Assembly: GCA_002633005.1 (NCBI GenBank)
Contig: NMRA01000363.1
Coordinates: forward strand, 1 to 64,000
Direction: 5' to 3'
Length of the DNA stretch: 64,000 nt
Origin: Phoronis australis
Lineage: Eukaryota > Animalia > Phoronida
In this document: positions 41,401 to 53,633 of the stretch, in pieces
Layout of the letters: every line of letters begins with the position of its first letter
How positions within the stretch are numbered: position 1 is the first letter of the stretch
Notes under the pieces: generated by a model
Told to the model about the DNA's origin: nothing
The model's database searches: none
What the model saw: only the letters and a program-made list of their open reading frames with translations
Made by a program: the position numbers and the translations under genes

Positions 41401-44400
41401 GTACCTAGGGCCATCAAATGCAAATTTGGACTAGACGCTCACGTGCGTCAATCGTGAAATACTAGAGTACAGGATAATAGACACGTATCTTGAATTATCA
41501 CAAAAGTAGAACGGAAAATATGAAAACGAAGTTCCAGTTCGTTTTCGAGTCTGCACTGAGATTAGCCCCTTAGGCAGCTTTACAATTTGTAGTGAGTTAA
41601 ATTGATCTCACGGTCACTTTAAACTCATATAGATAAACAGAAACCATTGTCATGTCACCAATATTTCACAACACGCATCACCGCCATTAGACTAGACGAC
41701 AAACAATAACTGAAAAGCTCGCTGTTTCACTTTTAGTTATGTGATCGAGACACGACTACTGCTTACTTACGCCTTGCGAACCTATTCATTATCTGTCACT
41801 TTCTGTAAAACAGAATAACATTCGTTTTAACCGATACACCCGATCTATGCGAGTTCCGTAGAAGCGAAAATCTTTCGGAAAACGCAAGAACACGCGAGTC
41901 ATCCCCATGTATAACAAGCGAAGCACCTGATCACACTATTTTCCTAACATCGTATTCGAATCTCTGGCCAGTATTTTAATGATGGCAGTAGAACACACAA
42001 AACTCATTTCGAAATTGTTTCGACGATAATTATACCCTCGTATGACGCATCCTCAAACTCAAGCTCAGTATATTAGATCACTGACTGAGAACTACATTTA
42101 GTAGTCATAATTTAATTCACTGAATGCTTTAGTTGCAATCATAGTCACTCAAAATCCTACGACGACCGGAAATTAATACCCTCCTAATCATCAAACCACG
42201 TCCTCTCTCACTTGTCCTCGCTTTGATCACGTAGTTATCATTTATTTGATTTGGAGATTTAATTCAGTGTTTTTGACTTGTTATAAAGACATTGTATTAT
42301 TTACAATGTCAACGAATGCTACGGCAAAATCGTAATACTTGTTTAGTCAGTGAAAAACACATTTCCCTGCTGAGTGCTCGGGAATGAGACTAGCGGCACG
42401 TGATTGACTACGCCGGTTTCGTCGGGTCAAGTGGCTATGTCATTTGATTGGTCTGAAAGCCGGATGTCGTCATCAAAAACTAATTAGATGTCTTAGTCGT
42501 TTGACCCGACGGAACGGGCGAAGAAAATCAAGTGCGCTCATTGTTTCCGGCAAGGGAACATGTCGAGTTAAACTGTATTTTCTGCTTCATGTGTCACTGA
42601 AAAAACATTTTGAATAGTGATTTATCAGCTTACTTAATTAAACAAAATTGAATGAAATTAGTATATATGTAAAGCGTATTCAAAACTTGCTCGTCTACAT
42701 ATTTTGGTACGACGTAACAAAAATAGACTGCAAACGTTGTTGAGAACAACCGTTAAGTTCGTGAGAAATCATTTTTCCTGACTGGATCATTTCTTGTACA
42801 TGTATATACGTAATCGGCTGTCTCAAAAAGAATTAATTCCTTTAGATTCACGTATCTTTTATGAAATAAGAAAACAGCTTTGCGTTGTCACACCAGCCTC
42901 TTGTAAATTCAGTTGCTATTTGCATTGGCTGTGCACTTAATTATTTCTTAATATCAAAGCAATATATTAAAACACGTCAGATTCATTTATTATGGGAACT
43001 ACAAATTGTAAATATTTACCAGTTTATTATCGGAAGTTGCCCGACATTTGGTTAGTCAATGAAAGTGTGTACAATCTACATGCGCATTCATCTCGTCCTT
43101 GTAATTTCCCCTGTGTATTCTCGTGCGCCGTTCGCCATGTGCAGTGTAAGTAAACAGAACAAGAGAAGCGGACATGCGCAAACACAGTCCTCAAGAGTAT
43201 CGTTCAAACACAATTATAACAATACACGATATTTTAGAGAAACGTATACAGTACTCAATTTACAATGAGAGATGTTGCAAGAGTGTGCGGTAACGATTTT
43301 GCTGTGCACAGTCCAAAACATAGAGCACTATAGAAATAATCTTGTCAATAATCTTCGAGATAATAATGACGTTAATTCCATCAAGGAAGTTCGCCAAGAG
43401 GGGTGGAGATTAGTTTGAGACTCGATAGCTTTATTTCTTGTACTTAAATAGGGACGTCACCTCACTGGGTTCGTCTAGAAGATTCCGCCATATTGGTTCT
43501 AACCTTGACCACTTCTCTGTGGACAGTTTACATTGGACCCAAAGTTGTTAATGGAAAATCATGAGTTAAATTCTTGTTTAAGAGCACAGGTGGTTCATAT
43601 GCTAATCTCCATGGGTCACAGATACTGTGATATGAGCTTCAGATTTTAAGAAGTCATGCCATGTCGATCAGTTAAATTTTGTCGATTTGAATAGATAGGT
43701 ACAAGGGAATAATTATCCACCGCCATATTTTTTGTCTCAACTTTGAAGTAGTTGCAGGGAGTGTGACGTAATCACTAGTCGACCCAATATACAGGCATCA
43801 TTTAGATGACTACCCTAGTAAAATTATTAATCATATGCATGTCAAAGACGTTTAAAATCAAGTCTTCGCTAACCTAGAACAAGTTACTCTTGGAACGAGT
43901 CAGTCACCAGATTTAGTAATAGTGTGGAAGCTACTTGAGCTGGGGCAACTTGACACACATGTACATGTAACAACTTAAGGTACCCCACCTTGTCGAGGTA
44001 GGGTGACTTGTTTGAGGGTAACTTGCCCCAGCGCAAATCTGGTTTAGTGTGGACGCACACCTTGGGACAATGCGCGAGTAATTGTAAGCAGTGCCCTGCA
44101 GTTATGTTTGCGTCATCGCATGGTGCAGGGTGTGAACATAGGACGCTAGACTGAATAGGCATGATTTGAAAATGTATTTTGCTTGAAAAGCTGCTTTGGG
44201 ACATCCATGTTAACGTTTGTGTTCTCTGGACATAGCGAGTGTTACGTACCAATGCGCAGCGCTAATCTACTATACGAGCAAACGCTCTACCCACCCTCCC
44301 ACTAGTTTTTCGCTTCAATGTTGTCACCCCGGCCGCCCGCAATTTTGCCAAACCCCTGTAATTTACTTTTTCACTAACACCGGCCGTCCTGGCTACGTTT

Positions 44401-47113
44401 TGTTACACGGATCTCTCAGTGACTCGAGAAGCGTACCAGTTGCGCAGCGTGGCTCTGCAAAAACGGCAAAAAGCGTAACTTTTATGTCATTTTTCAATAT
44501 TGTTATTAGATATAACTTTCGATCACCAAAAACATTAATTATCAAGCTCATATTTGACCATTTTAGTAATACGGCTAGCGCTTAAGAAATAGAAGCTGTT
44601 GACATGTATCGTACCTAAACATGTTGCAGTGTTCTAAACTGTTCAGAGTTGAGTGTGATAGTGGATTTTGCCAGTGTTACAAAGTTATATCTAGGGCTAA
44701 GAACCGGACGACCAAAACATTGGTCCTGGAATTTTCAGATTATGGTATCATAAGTGCACTGCTACATCGTATAAAACAAATTGTACAAGTCCCGCGTATG
44801 CTGTGGGTGTTCCCGATTTTCAGTGTCGCCCCTCGCGATGGCAACTGGACAAGTATATGGTCTCGAATCTAACAGTGCATGTGAATGGTTTTGGATATAG
44901 TTGTGAATTTGATTTATACGTCTTCAATAGTAGGTTACCATGGAAACCGCCTAATTAACATAAAATGATGTACGCGACTGAAAGGTTACGCAGAGTTTGC
45001 TCTTGTACGTAGCTACAATATTTTAAGGCTTCAGTTAACTCCAGTTCGGTAAGGTTAATTAATCTTATACGTACATGTACACATCACAGACAAGTCTCAA
45101 CAGTGAATCTGGTGTCGAATTTTCAACTACAAAAAGATTGGGGAAATTCTTCGCATCCGCTTGTCCTTCATCTCTATGCCTCGTGATAATATAAGACCGT
45201 TTTCAGATTTGTCGTTACAGTATTTAAGCCATATAATCAACTTTTCAAATCAAATTGAGCCTTGTTAAATTATAATTCTGGTTTCCATATTCTTTTCCTC
45301 ATTCAAGGAAAACGGGAACAATTTTCAATTGAACACAAACACTATATGAAGTTGGGAGTGTATTGGCCAAGATGGTGTAAGTATGGACTGTATAGGTGTC
45401 CCAACACCCCCCGAAACACCACAATACCCTAAAAACTTCACAACACTCTTCAAAGATCACAACAACACCCACCAATGCTCCATTTCAAGCAGACGCGCCC
45501 ATTTTTCTTGCCGCAGCAGCCACTAACAATTCTTGAAACCAAGGGCCTTTTTCTCCAAAAGTATATATCCAAAAGCAGATATTTTTCTTTTGACTTTGGC
45601 TTTTAGTCTGCTCCGGGGATGGTTTACGGATTTCTATCTTTTGGCTTTGACTTGTAGACGGATTTTTGCCCTAGGCTGATCACGTGAAACAGGCTCAAGT
45701 CATTTGTAATCTGCTTTTAGCTAAACGACAAAAAGCAATAGCCCGCAGACTTTTTGCCGTCAATACAAAGCTGATCTTAGTACTGAGACGACGAAAGAAA
45801 CTTATATAGCCAGTTTGCAATGTTTATTTCAAAGGGACCATGATCGGTTTTGCGGCCGAAAATACGCATTTTTGCATTTTTGTGATTATTTTCACATGGG
45901 AAGTTATTAGCTTTGACCAGTGCTTTAAAATAATAAAATCAGTTGTGTTCTTGATATTTGATTACAAATCGACAATTCTCGCCATTTAATGAAATCAAAA
46001 CTGGTTGCTTCACCAACTAAATACGTTTCAAATAATCTGGCATTGGGATCTTCGTCAGCAAAGCGGCGTTGGATTGCGACCGCTGAGATTGTGAGTTCAA
46101 TGTCACGCTAAAGCTGATGTCAGAAAACACCTTTTTTCGACAACAACGCCACTTTAAAACCTTTTGTACAGAAAGAATAATGAATCGTGATAATTGTTGT
46201 GGATGATCAATTTTTTGGAAATTGATTCAATAAATTTTTCGACGACTGGAACTCCCGCACCGTAGAAAGAACCACTCAGATCCTAACGCTTTTAGGTTTA
46301 AGCATAAAACTAATAAACAGTAAGTATGAATGTCATCCTATTTATGGAAGACGAGAGAGATGCAAACCCTTCTGGCTGTCTACCAAAGCTCGACATTTCT
46401 AGAAATCTTCAACTCAGCCACCTCGCACGACAGTCCAGCGCTCGATTTCTTACAAACATTAAAGTGCTTATTCTAGAGAAATGTTACTCTTTTAATGTGT
46501 TTCGACTATTTGCTTCTTTTTTAATGATTGGCCTTGATATTTTTCTCGTCTTTTGTTGATCAGCACTACAAACTGCCCACGTCGGCCATTTTCATGGGGC
46601 CCAACAACGAAACACATGACTGGCAGTCTTTGTTAGGAATTGGCGACTTGTAATAAATTAAAGTCGCAAAAAATACAACAGATTATGTTGTCATAGCTCT
46701 GGCCAAAGCCAATAACTTCAATCCTACTCAACATAAACCAACGGCTGTAAAACCGATCGTGTCCCTTTAAAGGTTTGATGCTGGTCTCGTTCACGCATTT
46801 ACTCCATGATGGTTGGAACAGACGCTGCAAATGTTTTAATTCATTGACTTGTGAAACATCACGAGTTGCAGTCCGTTTGCCCCTTGAACGTATAAACTAC
46901 TGCAACGGCAACTAAACCAGCGAATGATATGCAAGATACTATCCCATCAAAAGAGGCACAGCAACTTCAACCAAAACCATCAGCTTTGCGCGTGCTTGTT
47001 ATGGGTAATTTTTGGGGGAGTCCGCTGGTGAGATAACAAACCACAGTGACGTGTAATGGTGTAGACTTACCATGCGTTGGGTGGAGAGACGTATCTGTGT
47101 TGGGGGGCGACAT
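16271..47113 (-). CDS. Syt4: Synaptotagmin-4/11, 417 aa; join(47071-47113,29328-30106,18913-19036,16271-16578)
   Basis: 43+779+124+308=1254 nt in frame: short luminal N-terminus, TM helix ([21 protein letters not shown]), linker, C2A ([20 protein letters not shown]...[19 protein letters not shown], with the Syt4/11 Asp>Ser change), C2B ([30 protein letters not shown]...[19 protein letters not shown]...[11 protein letters not shown]). The first exon is the least certain. Confidence 0.92.
18008..18641. mobile_element. Harbinger-like MITE with subterminal ttaagaccgaaa repeats
   Basis: gtccagtttcatgaaa ... tttcatgaaacgg / tttcttgaaacgaacc; inverted arrays of ttaagacc / ggtcttaa. Confidence 0.6.
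18913..19036 (-). CDS. Syt4: Syt4 coding exon 3: [41 protein letters not shown]
   Basis: Acceptor tcatttcag, donor G|gtaaga, phase 0-1. Confidence 0.95.
19378..19796. mobile_element. MITE with about 60-bp TIR
   Basis: ctgctgtgagtgaagttgaaatcttgcttaatctcaagatcg ... cgatcttgagattaagcaggatttcaagttcacgcacagcag. Confidence 0.8.
19936..20233. mobile_element. hAT-like MITE (CAGTGGCGGATT...GGATCCGCCCCTG)
   Basis: TIRs; flanks catat / tatat (imperfect 5-bp TSD). Confidence 0.8.
20560..20920 (-). mobile_element. Possible decayed hATm-like transposase fragment
   Basis: Frame-broken pieces KQKTL...[15 protein letters not shown]...[13 protein letters not shown] resemble remembered hATm-type motifs (KDKTL...EEHISLIxEPGSxY...TGWxGG..LE); not verified. 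Confidence 0.3.
21168..22356. mobile_element. Non-autonomous Harbinger-like element with subterminal aaaccagg repeats
   Basis: TIR cctgcagccgatttcataaagg ... cctttatgaaatcggctgcagg. Confidence 0.85.
21808..21964. mobile_element. hAT-like MITE nested in the Harbinger-like element
   Basis: cataggcggatccagg ... cctagatccgcccctg; perfect 5-bp TSD ctacg. Confidence 0.85.
25977..26172. repeat. (TG)n microsatellite spanning an N gap (26045-26134)
   Basis: Direct observation. Confidence 0.95.
27785..27890. repeat. Degenerate (ACTGT)n pentanucleotide repeat
   Basis: actgtactgtactctacagtgcggtactgtgttgcactgtaatgtaatgtagtgt... Confidence 0.7.
29328..30106 (-). CDS. Syt4: Syt4 coding exon 2 (TM + linker + C2A)
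   Basis: Acceptor ttgcattttcag, donor AAG|gtgagt, 779 nt with no stops. Confidence 0.95.
32551..32700. mobile_element. 150-bp Harbinger-like MITE (CTG TSD), nested in a larger MITE at about 32517-32926; second copy at 53484-53633
   Basis: gcgttcagtaacgctagga ... tcctagcgctactgaacg; ctg on both flanks. Confidence 0.85.
35268..35505. repeat. (ATT/GTT)n trinucleotide microsatellite
   Basis: Direct observation; explains the poly-N/I/L ORFs here. Confidence 0.95.
37849..39750 (-). mobile_element. Decayed CR1-clade LINE (APE endonuclease fragment, RT, C-terminal domain, (GAT)n tail)
   Basis: ETVWLKL...YYRPPD; [40 protein letters not shown]; [10 protein letters not shown]...WDP...[11 protein letters not shown]; frameshifts and internal deletions. 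Confidence 0.92.
41771..41802 (-). other. Candidate 32-nt alternative Syt4 microexon with its own in-frame ATG (MNRFAR+L)
   Basis: Acceptor tgttattctgttttacag, donor GGC|gtaagt; ATG to exon end = 19 nt (phase 1), in frame with exon 2. Confidence 0.4.
45833..46766. mobile_element. Non-autonomous Kolobok-type element
   Basis: TIR agggaccatgatcggttttgcggccg ... cggctgtaaaaccgatcgtgtccct; flanks tcaa / ttaa. Confidence 0.75.
47071..47113 (-). CDS. Syt4: Syt4 first coding exon, CDS part ([14 protein letters not shown]+V); exon probably 47071-47168
   Basis: Donor G|gtaagt in phase 1 joins exon 2 in frame; acceptor tctttttcag at 47169; a possible upstream 5'UTR exon donor CAG|gtaag at 47466. Confidence 0.7.
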
Positions 47114-50100
47114 ATCATTGGGCGTGGCGCAGAAAATGTAGAAAACAGTGGGACTGTTGGCAAGTCAGCTGAAAAAGATGTTCGGATATAGGAAGAAGTT
47201 ATTTATCTATATTTCAAAGCATTTGAAGAAAGCAAGTATATTAAACAAAGTACATAACCCTGCGTAATTTAACATTTGGCCGTGAAGGTAAAACGTTGGT
47301 GGGACTTGTTATTGCAACCCGTTTATCATTTCCGTGTGACTCGCAATTTTGTTTCAGCTCAGTACGAATGATGAGCAAAACTACGTGAAAAGGCAGTAAA
47401 ATATTATAACGTCGGACTTTTTACCACTTCGAGGTTGCCAAGAGAGAAAAAGTCTTGTGTCTTACCTGTTTAACGAGATAGTCTAGTGAAGCTATGGTTA
47501 ATATCGGTATCGGTTTAACATCGATATGTCGTCAGCTTTTTCCTGTTAAATATTAAACACGCCTCTAACAAAGGTATACCACGCGAACAAACAGTGGCAT
47601 ATTGAACGTTTAAATATCTACGATTATCTGTCTCGCGCATGTATACCAGATGATGGCTGGAACGCGAGGGAAATCTCGCCGCCACAGTCGTCACAAACTG
47701 CCTGAAGATCTCTTAGCAGTCAATTCAAAGCAACTGTAAAACGAACAGAATATTGGAATCTTTGCAGGAGATCGTTAATTCTGATGAGAAAACGCAATAC
47801 GCTGCTACCGTCTAATTCATATCGATGCATACAAGCAAGCCATCCAAGAATGTCATTATGAAGATGACTCGAACGTATTTTGGACGAGTCCATTGAACAT
47901 ACATGTAAAGTCTGTGGGTGTGATCATTTGTTTCATTGTTGACATTGCAAATTTCTGTCGCCTGCGTTTGACAGTGTCGACAGTGTAATTGCTTTTTCTC
48001 TTTTACCTAACAAAGTGTATATTTCTGTACTAAACCAATCAATTCACCCACGTTTCCAATTTTCGTAAAACAAGTTTCCAGAACGTGAAAGGGATTAACT
48101 TAAAATCTAATCTCTGAACTCAGGCTATACTCGAAACTTAGCCGCAAGATTCCAGGACAAATTTGAAAGTTTACTTCGAAGCGTTTGCCATGTAATGCAA
48201 TTGATTTGGTTTCGAGTTTCGACTACAGAGACTAAACCCTGGGCTTAAGATTCATGGACCACAGCCCAGGGCCAAGAACCGAATTCAAATTTGAAGCACA
48301 CCCAAGCTCTACACTTTTTAAGCCACTCCGCCTGATTTGAATACACAGTTGCGAATTTACCCGAGGCGTGCCATGCAATTACTATATCCGACGAACGCAG
48401 ACAGGCCACGCCCACCACAGTTACCGTTGCGAAGTCCCAAAAGCACAACTGGACTATGACGTAAGTTCCCTGCATCCGTACTACAACATCGTTTCGAAGT
48501 GTCACAGATGATATTTCAATGAAATGATTACCGGCATGAGACCACACAATAACAAACGGCTCTGCGAAGAAACTATCTGTTACACACAGCGGGAAAGCCA
48601 CGACTCCGTGTCTTTGAGCCCATTCAACGATGTCTAACTTTTCCCTACCAACTGTGATTAGTTCGGTGTCAGATCGATTCAAACAGCTACACGTGCCTGC
48701 CCAGTGCAAAAGATGTTTTGCGCATGACATCATTTTTGTGCGACGACATACATGTACATTTTTAAATATGGGGTCGCGTGCCGTCATTGCTGTGCGACGT
48801 CTGCTCGTTGCCAATGTATGCTCGTCCGGCCGGCGTCAGCGGCTGTACTTCCTGCGCTCAATTCAGGACAGTTGTGGATTTTGACAAGTGTAACTTTTTT
48901 TACGTAACAATGAATGACGACGACGACTTCAGGATGGATGGGAATACAGTTGTGCCATGTGGTGACACTTTTAGTTATTTTACGTTTGCCTCTGTATCTC
49001 TGTAATTCCTCGGCGATTTTTTATCAAATTTTGGCAAATGGGTATCCTTTGCGGAAAACATGACACCTTGCCACTTTTTAAAGAATACGATTCATTTTGC
49101 ACCACGTAGTTGCCATTTTTGTTCTTTTTGCGTCAGCTTTGGCGCAAAACTACTCATAGAATAACTACGGATGTGTTAATTTTTGAACGGCTCTTGTTTC
49201 GTCCGTCAACATACCTAACAACGTGATCCAGTTTGAGTATGGGAACGAGACATGGACGGCTCCGTCACATCTTGCGTCCGTTATCATATTTTTGTGCATC
49301 TGCTGCTGTATCTCTTAAACCCATTACAGGATCTTTGTGAATTGAAGCAAATGCAGCAACGGATGACGACGACTGTTTGGCGACTCCCGACTACTGCTGT
49401 GCCCCCAACAGCATTTCTAAGTTCTTCTAGAACATTATCCTTCGCGGTTAGTGGGCGCATTTCAACGCTTTTCGTTGCTCTTGTGGCGGCGACACGATTA
49501 CGTGAGCTGGTAAACTATTGGACGAGGAAATTTGTCGCCGGCGATTTCATGCTTGGTAATAAAATTAATTTGCTCTTGTCGGCCTACGCCACTTTTCCGA
49601 AAGTCACATGAATGTACGTATGTTGCCAAGCTGTAAGTGTAATTCATATTAGATGTTTTTAGGGAAAGAAAACATTGGCAGCACGTTCACGTTACATGTA
49701 CATGTAGGTGGAATATAAAGTGATTTCGCTTTAGGTTGGTTTATTCTTACCTTCATTGCCAGTTTTATTCACCTGATTGCGATATCCACCCAATGCTTAT
49801 ATATCCTGCAAGTATTTTTTTTGAGTTCATTCTTTGTAAAAAGCTGATCTGTAGAGTACGTTTCTCACGTTCAACGAAAAACAACCTCCTTGATTTCTTA
49901 AACAATGAATGCTTGTGGAAGAAAATGGGGGACGATCGTGGTGTATGCATTTCCTGCAACTTGATTGGTTAACAACAATAGCTTGATTGACAAGTGGGAA
50001 CTCTCCGTTGGTCAGTCCTGGTGTCGATTTTCGAGAACAGTGGTTAGACCACGAACGCAGGTGTCGTAACTGACGGTGTTTGGCTTTGCATTTTCAATTC

Positions 50101-51179
50101 GCGTTTGGAAATTAGGCCTAAAACGAGACAACATGATAACGAATTAGTGTTATGGTATAATGATGGGATGATTCAATATACACTATAAAACACCGTATTA
50201 CGTACTTTGCATGGGAAAACATCTCTACACCGTGGAAATTGACCATTTCAATGCAAAGAGATACCAAAAGACAGAAACGCACGTTTACGTACCGTCAAAA
50301 CAAAATAGCGGTTGGAATTGTTTTGAAACTGTTTTTTTATATGCACATACTGAGGTGTTTCAAAAATACATGTCCTAATCCTGCAGTCATCGATATCAAT
50401 GTACGTTGCGCATATCGCGCAAGAAGATTGACGGGTATACTCTGCAGTCACAAGGCGACAAGATTAAGTCTAGATAATTTTTGTTCGGTTTTCCCCGATG
50501 TCAGTCTTTAGACTACACAGACTTTTTACAGTTTTTATAAAGAAGACAGCAAAAAATACCACTAAATTTGTTTACAGCTGCTTTACCAGAATTTCAGAAA
50601 ACAGAAGCAGTACCTTGGGTCTTGTTGCATATTACAACTGAATGAAAACGTTTATAAGCCTTTCTTTCAGAGCTGCAGCCTGTTTCATGAAAGCGCCTTG
50701 TAAGCTTTAAAAAACTTAAGATAAGAGATTTGGCTTCTTGCTCCCACTGTAGAATTGTTGCTAAAGGTTTGGCCAAGTAATTATGAGCGCATCACAATCA
50801 ATAAATGATTTATAGAAAATAACTTAGTAGTTAACAGTTCTGTGTGCATTCTCAGAGTCTTTTGCATTTTTGCTCAAGTAACATTTATTTAAAATAATCA
50901 TTTTTTCTAAAGTAGATGCGTGGGGCATAAGATCAATGGTGTACTTTCTCACTTCACAAATACTGAATAAAGGATTAGCATTGGAATTTTTAGTACATCA
51001 CAACCTAGAAATAATTTATGCAAATCCCAATAACTAGAAGTAATGAGTATTATTCTCATAGACTTAGTATTTTCCTAAAGTGAGATTTAATTATTGTTCA
51101 AAAGTAATTGTGTGGAGCGTAAGACCATATATTTCATTGAGTTCATCATAGAACTCTAGTCCTAGTTCTATGACTATGA

Positions 51180-52078
51180 ACAGCGGCTTATGACATGTTA
51201 GTTGATTTAGATAGGAATGGAAGAAATACTTGGGTATCTTCTGTTAGACAATTGCTATCAAAATACGGTTTTTATCAAATTTGGTTGAATCAAGGTGTCA
51301 CGTGCGAAGTCTCGTTTTTAAGTTTCTTCGCGCAAAGAGTTAATGACTGTTATGAGCAAGGTTGGCGATCAGAAATTGAGCATAGAGCAAAACTTAAATT
51401 CTACTCTAACTTTAAGACTCTGTACTGTTTTGAACCATATCTTAAGTTACCGCTACACAATAGTCTTATTCAAGCGTTTACTCGTTTACGTTGCTCCAAC
51501 CACAGACTACAAGTGCAAGTGGGTAGACACGAGAAAGTGGAATATTACAATAGANNNNNNNNNNNNNNNNNNNNNNNNNNNNNNNNNNNNNNNNNNNNNN
51601 NNNNNNNNNNGCAAAACTTAAATTCTACTCTAACTTTAAGACTCTGTACTGTTTTGAACCATATCTTAAGTTACCGCTACACAATAGTCTTATTCAAGCG
51701 TTTACTCGTTTACGTTGCTCCAACCACAGACTACAAGTGCAAGTGGGTAGACACGAGAAAGTGGAATATTACAATAGATTATGTATGGCTTGCAATGATG
51801 GTCTTGTAGAGGATGAATACCATTTCCTGTTGGTTTGCAAGGGATATTGTGAACTTAGGTCACGTTTTAAGAAGGAATTTCAATGGAGGCATCCAACTCA
51901 AGAATCCTGTATACGCCTGCTCGCTAATCCAGATATATCTGCTGTTAAATATGTGTATTTTGCCCTTAAAAAACGAGAACAACTCTTAAATGGGTTGACT
52001 GCTTGTGCAAATGTGCCTGATTAATTGTTTTGTTTACTGTACTTTGGGCCAGAGGCCTTCAATACAAATACAAATACT
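51180..52078 (+). mobile_element. 3' fragment of an RTE-X-like LINE with C-terminal Zn knuckle and (CAAATA)n tail; interrupted by an N gap
   Basis: NTWVSSVRQLL..YGF..IWLNQGV...KL.FY..FK..Y.FEPYL...TRLRCSNHRL.V.VGR...RLCMACN...VEDEYHFLLVC; tail caatacaaatacaaatac. Confidence 0.85.
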
Positions 52079-53483
52079 TGCTAACAGCGATGGTGTGAAC
52101 AGAACTGAATCTGGATGTGTGTTACCTATTCGGCATAGACTACCGTTTGAACAAGGGAAATTTCTAGCCAAACATGCCCCAGAAATGGTGTTAGATTGCC
52201 TGCCTGAACGCTAGATGGCGCTACAGGTACATGTACCTGTTTAAGTACAGCAGAAACTTTTGAAGTCTTCACCACGTTTGCACGTTTATACACTACCGCC
52301 ACCCTTAAATCTGAATGATGTTTTTCGCTTACAGCTTTCCTCTTGCCTCCATGAGTTCGAGTAAGAGAAATTGCCTGTAAATCGGTTATTAGTAATTTGA
52401 TAAGGTGATCGGAGGAAACTGGAGAATGTTGACAGCCTACTTGTATTGATTTGAAATGCGATATTACCGATCGCTCTTCGGAACTAAGCCAATATGAAAT
52501 TCTCGTTCTGGGTTCGAGATGCATAATGGACTTTTTATTGTAATATTATATAAACGTTCTGCTGTTCAAAGCCCAAAGCTTCTCCGAAACAGCCTTCTTG
52601 GCGTTTTCTAAGAACCTCTCGAATTAAAAGGTGGAAGAGTGTGAAGAATACAGTGCTTGATTTCCGTTTTAAGTCGATCTCGATTTCCCCAAGACTGGTT
52701 CTGTCTCCTGTATTTGAAGATATAGTACTTTCTCTCCCGCACCATCCAGTCAAAACATCCCCTGTATCAGACATATGGATCTCATGGTTCTCAATGGCAG
52801 TTCTTTCCCACCAGTCACCGGTTTACTCGCCGAAATGAAAACTGTAGTTATCTGCTAATTTTTGGTACCCATCACCAGCCAGTTCAAACCGGGTCAGCGC
52901 TAATATGAATTCCCGTTTTATTCAAGAACTGAACTTGGAATTAAATCACTTGCCGCTAAAAAGGTCTCAATTTTTTCTTACTAAGATGGTAAGCAGTTTA
53001 TGGATATGTGAAGAACTGGCGGTTCGTTTTTCCTCGAGACCATGTTCCAAGATTTACATAACACGTCAAGACAAGCCACCCTGTAGGCCTATAGAGCTTG
53101 GTCTGAAGTGAGTACGAGCGGTCAATTCTTTCGAAGACGTTGAACATCTCCGAGAATTTCAGATTTTGAAATCCATTCGATACAGGTAAGTCGTCCAAAT
53201 CACAAGTCGTCTTGTGATGGAAGTCGGTTTCGTCGACGCTCTGGTTTTCTAATTGGCAAATTTAAAATTTGTACTAACAGCTTCTTAGTCGATAAGACGC
53301 CTCATTGGGGGGTAGCATTTCCAGAAAGTAGCAGATTTACTAGAACCGACCATTTTCAGCGGATTCACAACTCCGATATTGTCATATGGATTCTTTTGTG
53401 AACGTACATATAGGTAGGTTTGTGTTGTCTCATCTTATTCGTGTCATGTTCGTGTTTGTCCGTCAGTCTCCGTAATAGGACCG

Positions 53484-53633
53484 GCGTGCGTTCAGTAACG
53501 CTAGGACCTACGCTAGGACCTAGCTAAAATCTAGCCAAAGTCACGTGTTTTCATTTAAAATGTACCGCAATATCTCACGTTGTCTCGCGAAGTCTTGCTT
53601 TTTAGCGAGGTCCTAGCGTTACTGAACGGGGGG
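53484..53633. mobile_element. 150-bp Harbinger-like MITE (same family as 32551-32700)
   Basis: Nearly identical sequence and length; flanks ccg / cag. Confidence 0.85.

Noticed and set aside
48245-48814. 189-aa ORF containing EKLDIVEWAQRHG (faint pogo/Brinker HTH resemblance)
   Set aside because: The similarity covers only about 13 residues, with no matching TIR pair or splice structure; at most a TE scrap.
49230-49560. Possible first exon of a divergent plus-strand gene (ATG CTT G|gtaata)
   Set aside because: No recognisable downstream exons in the window.
51387-51778. Identical 168-bp sequence on both sides of the N gap
   Set aside because: Unmerged contig overlap; an assembly artefact.
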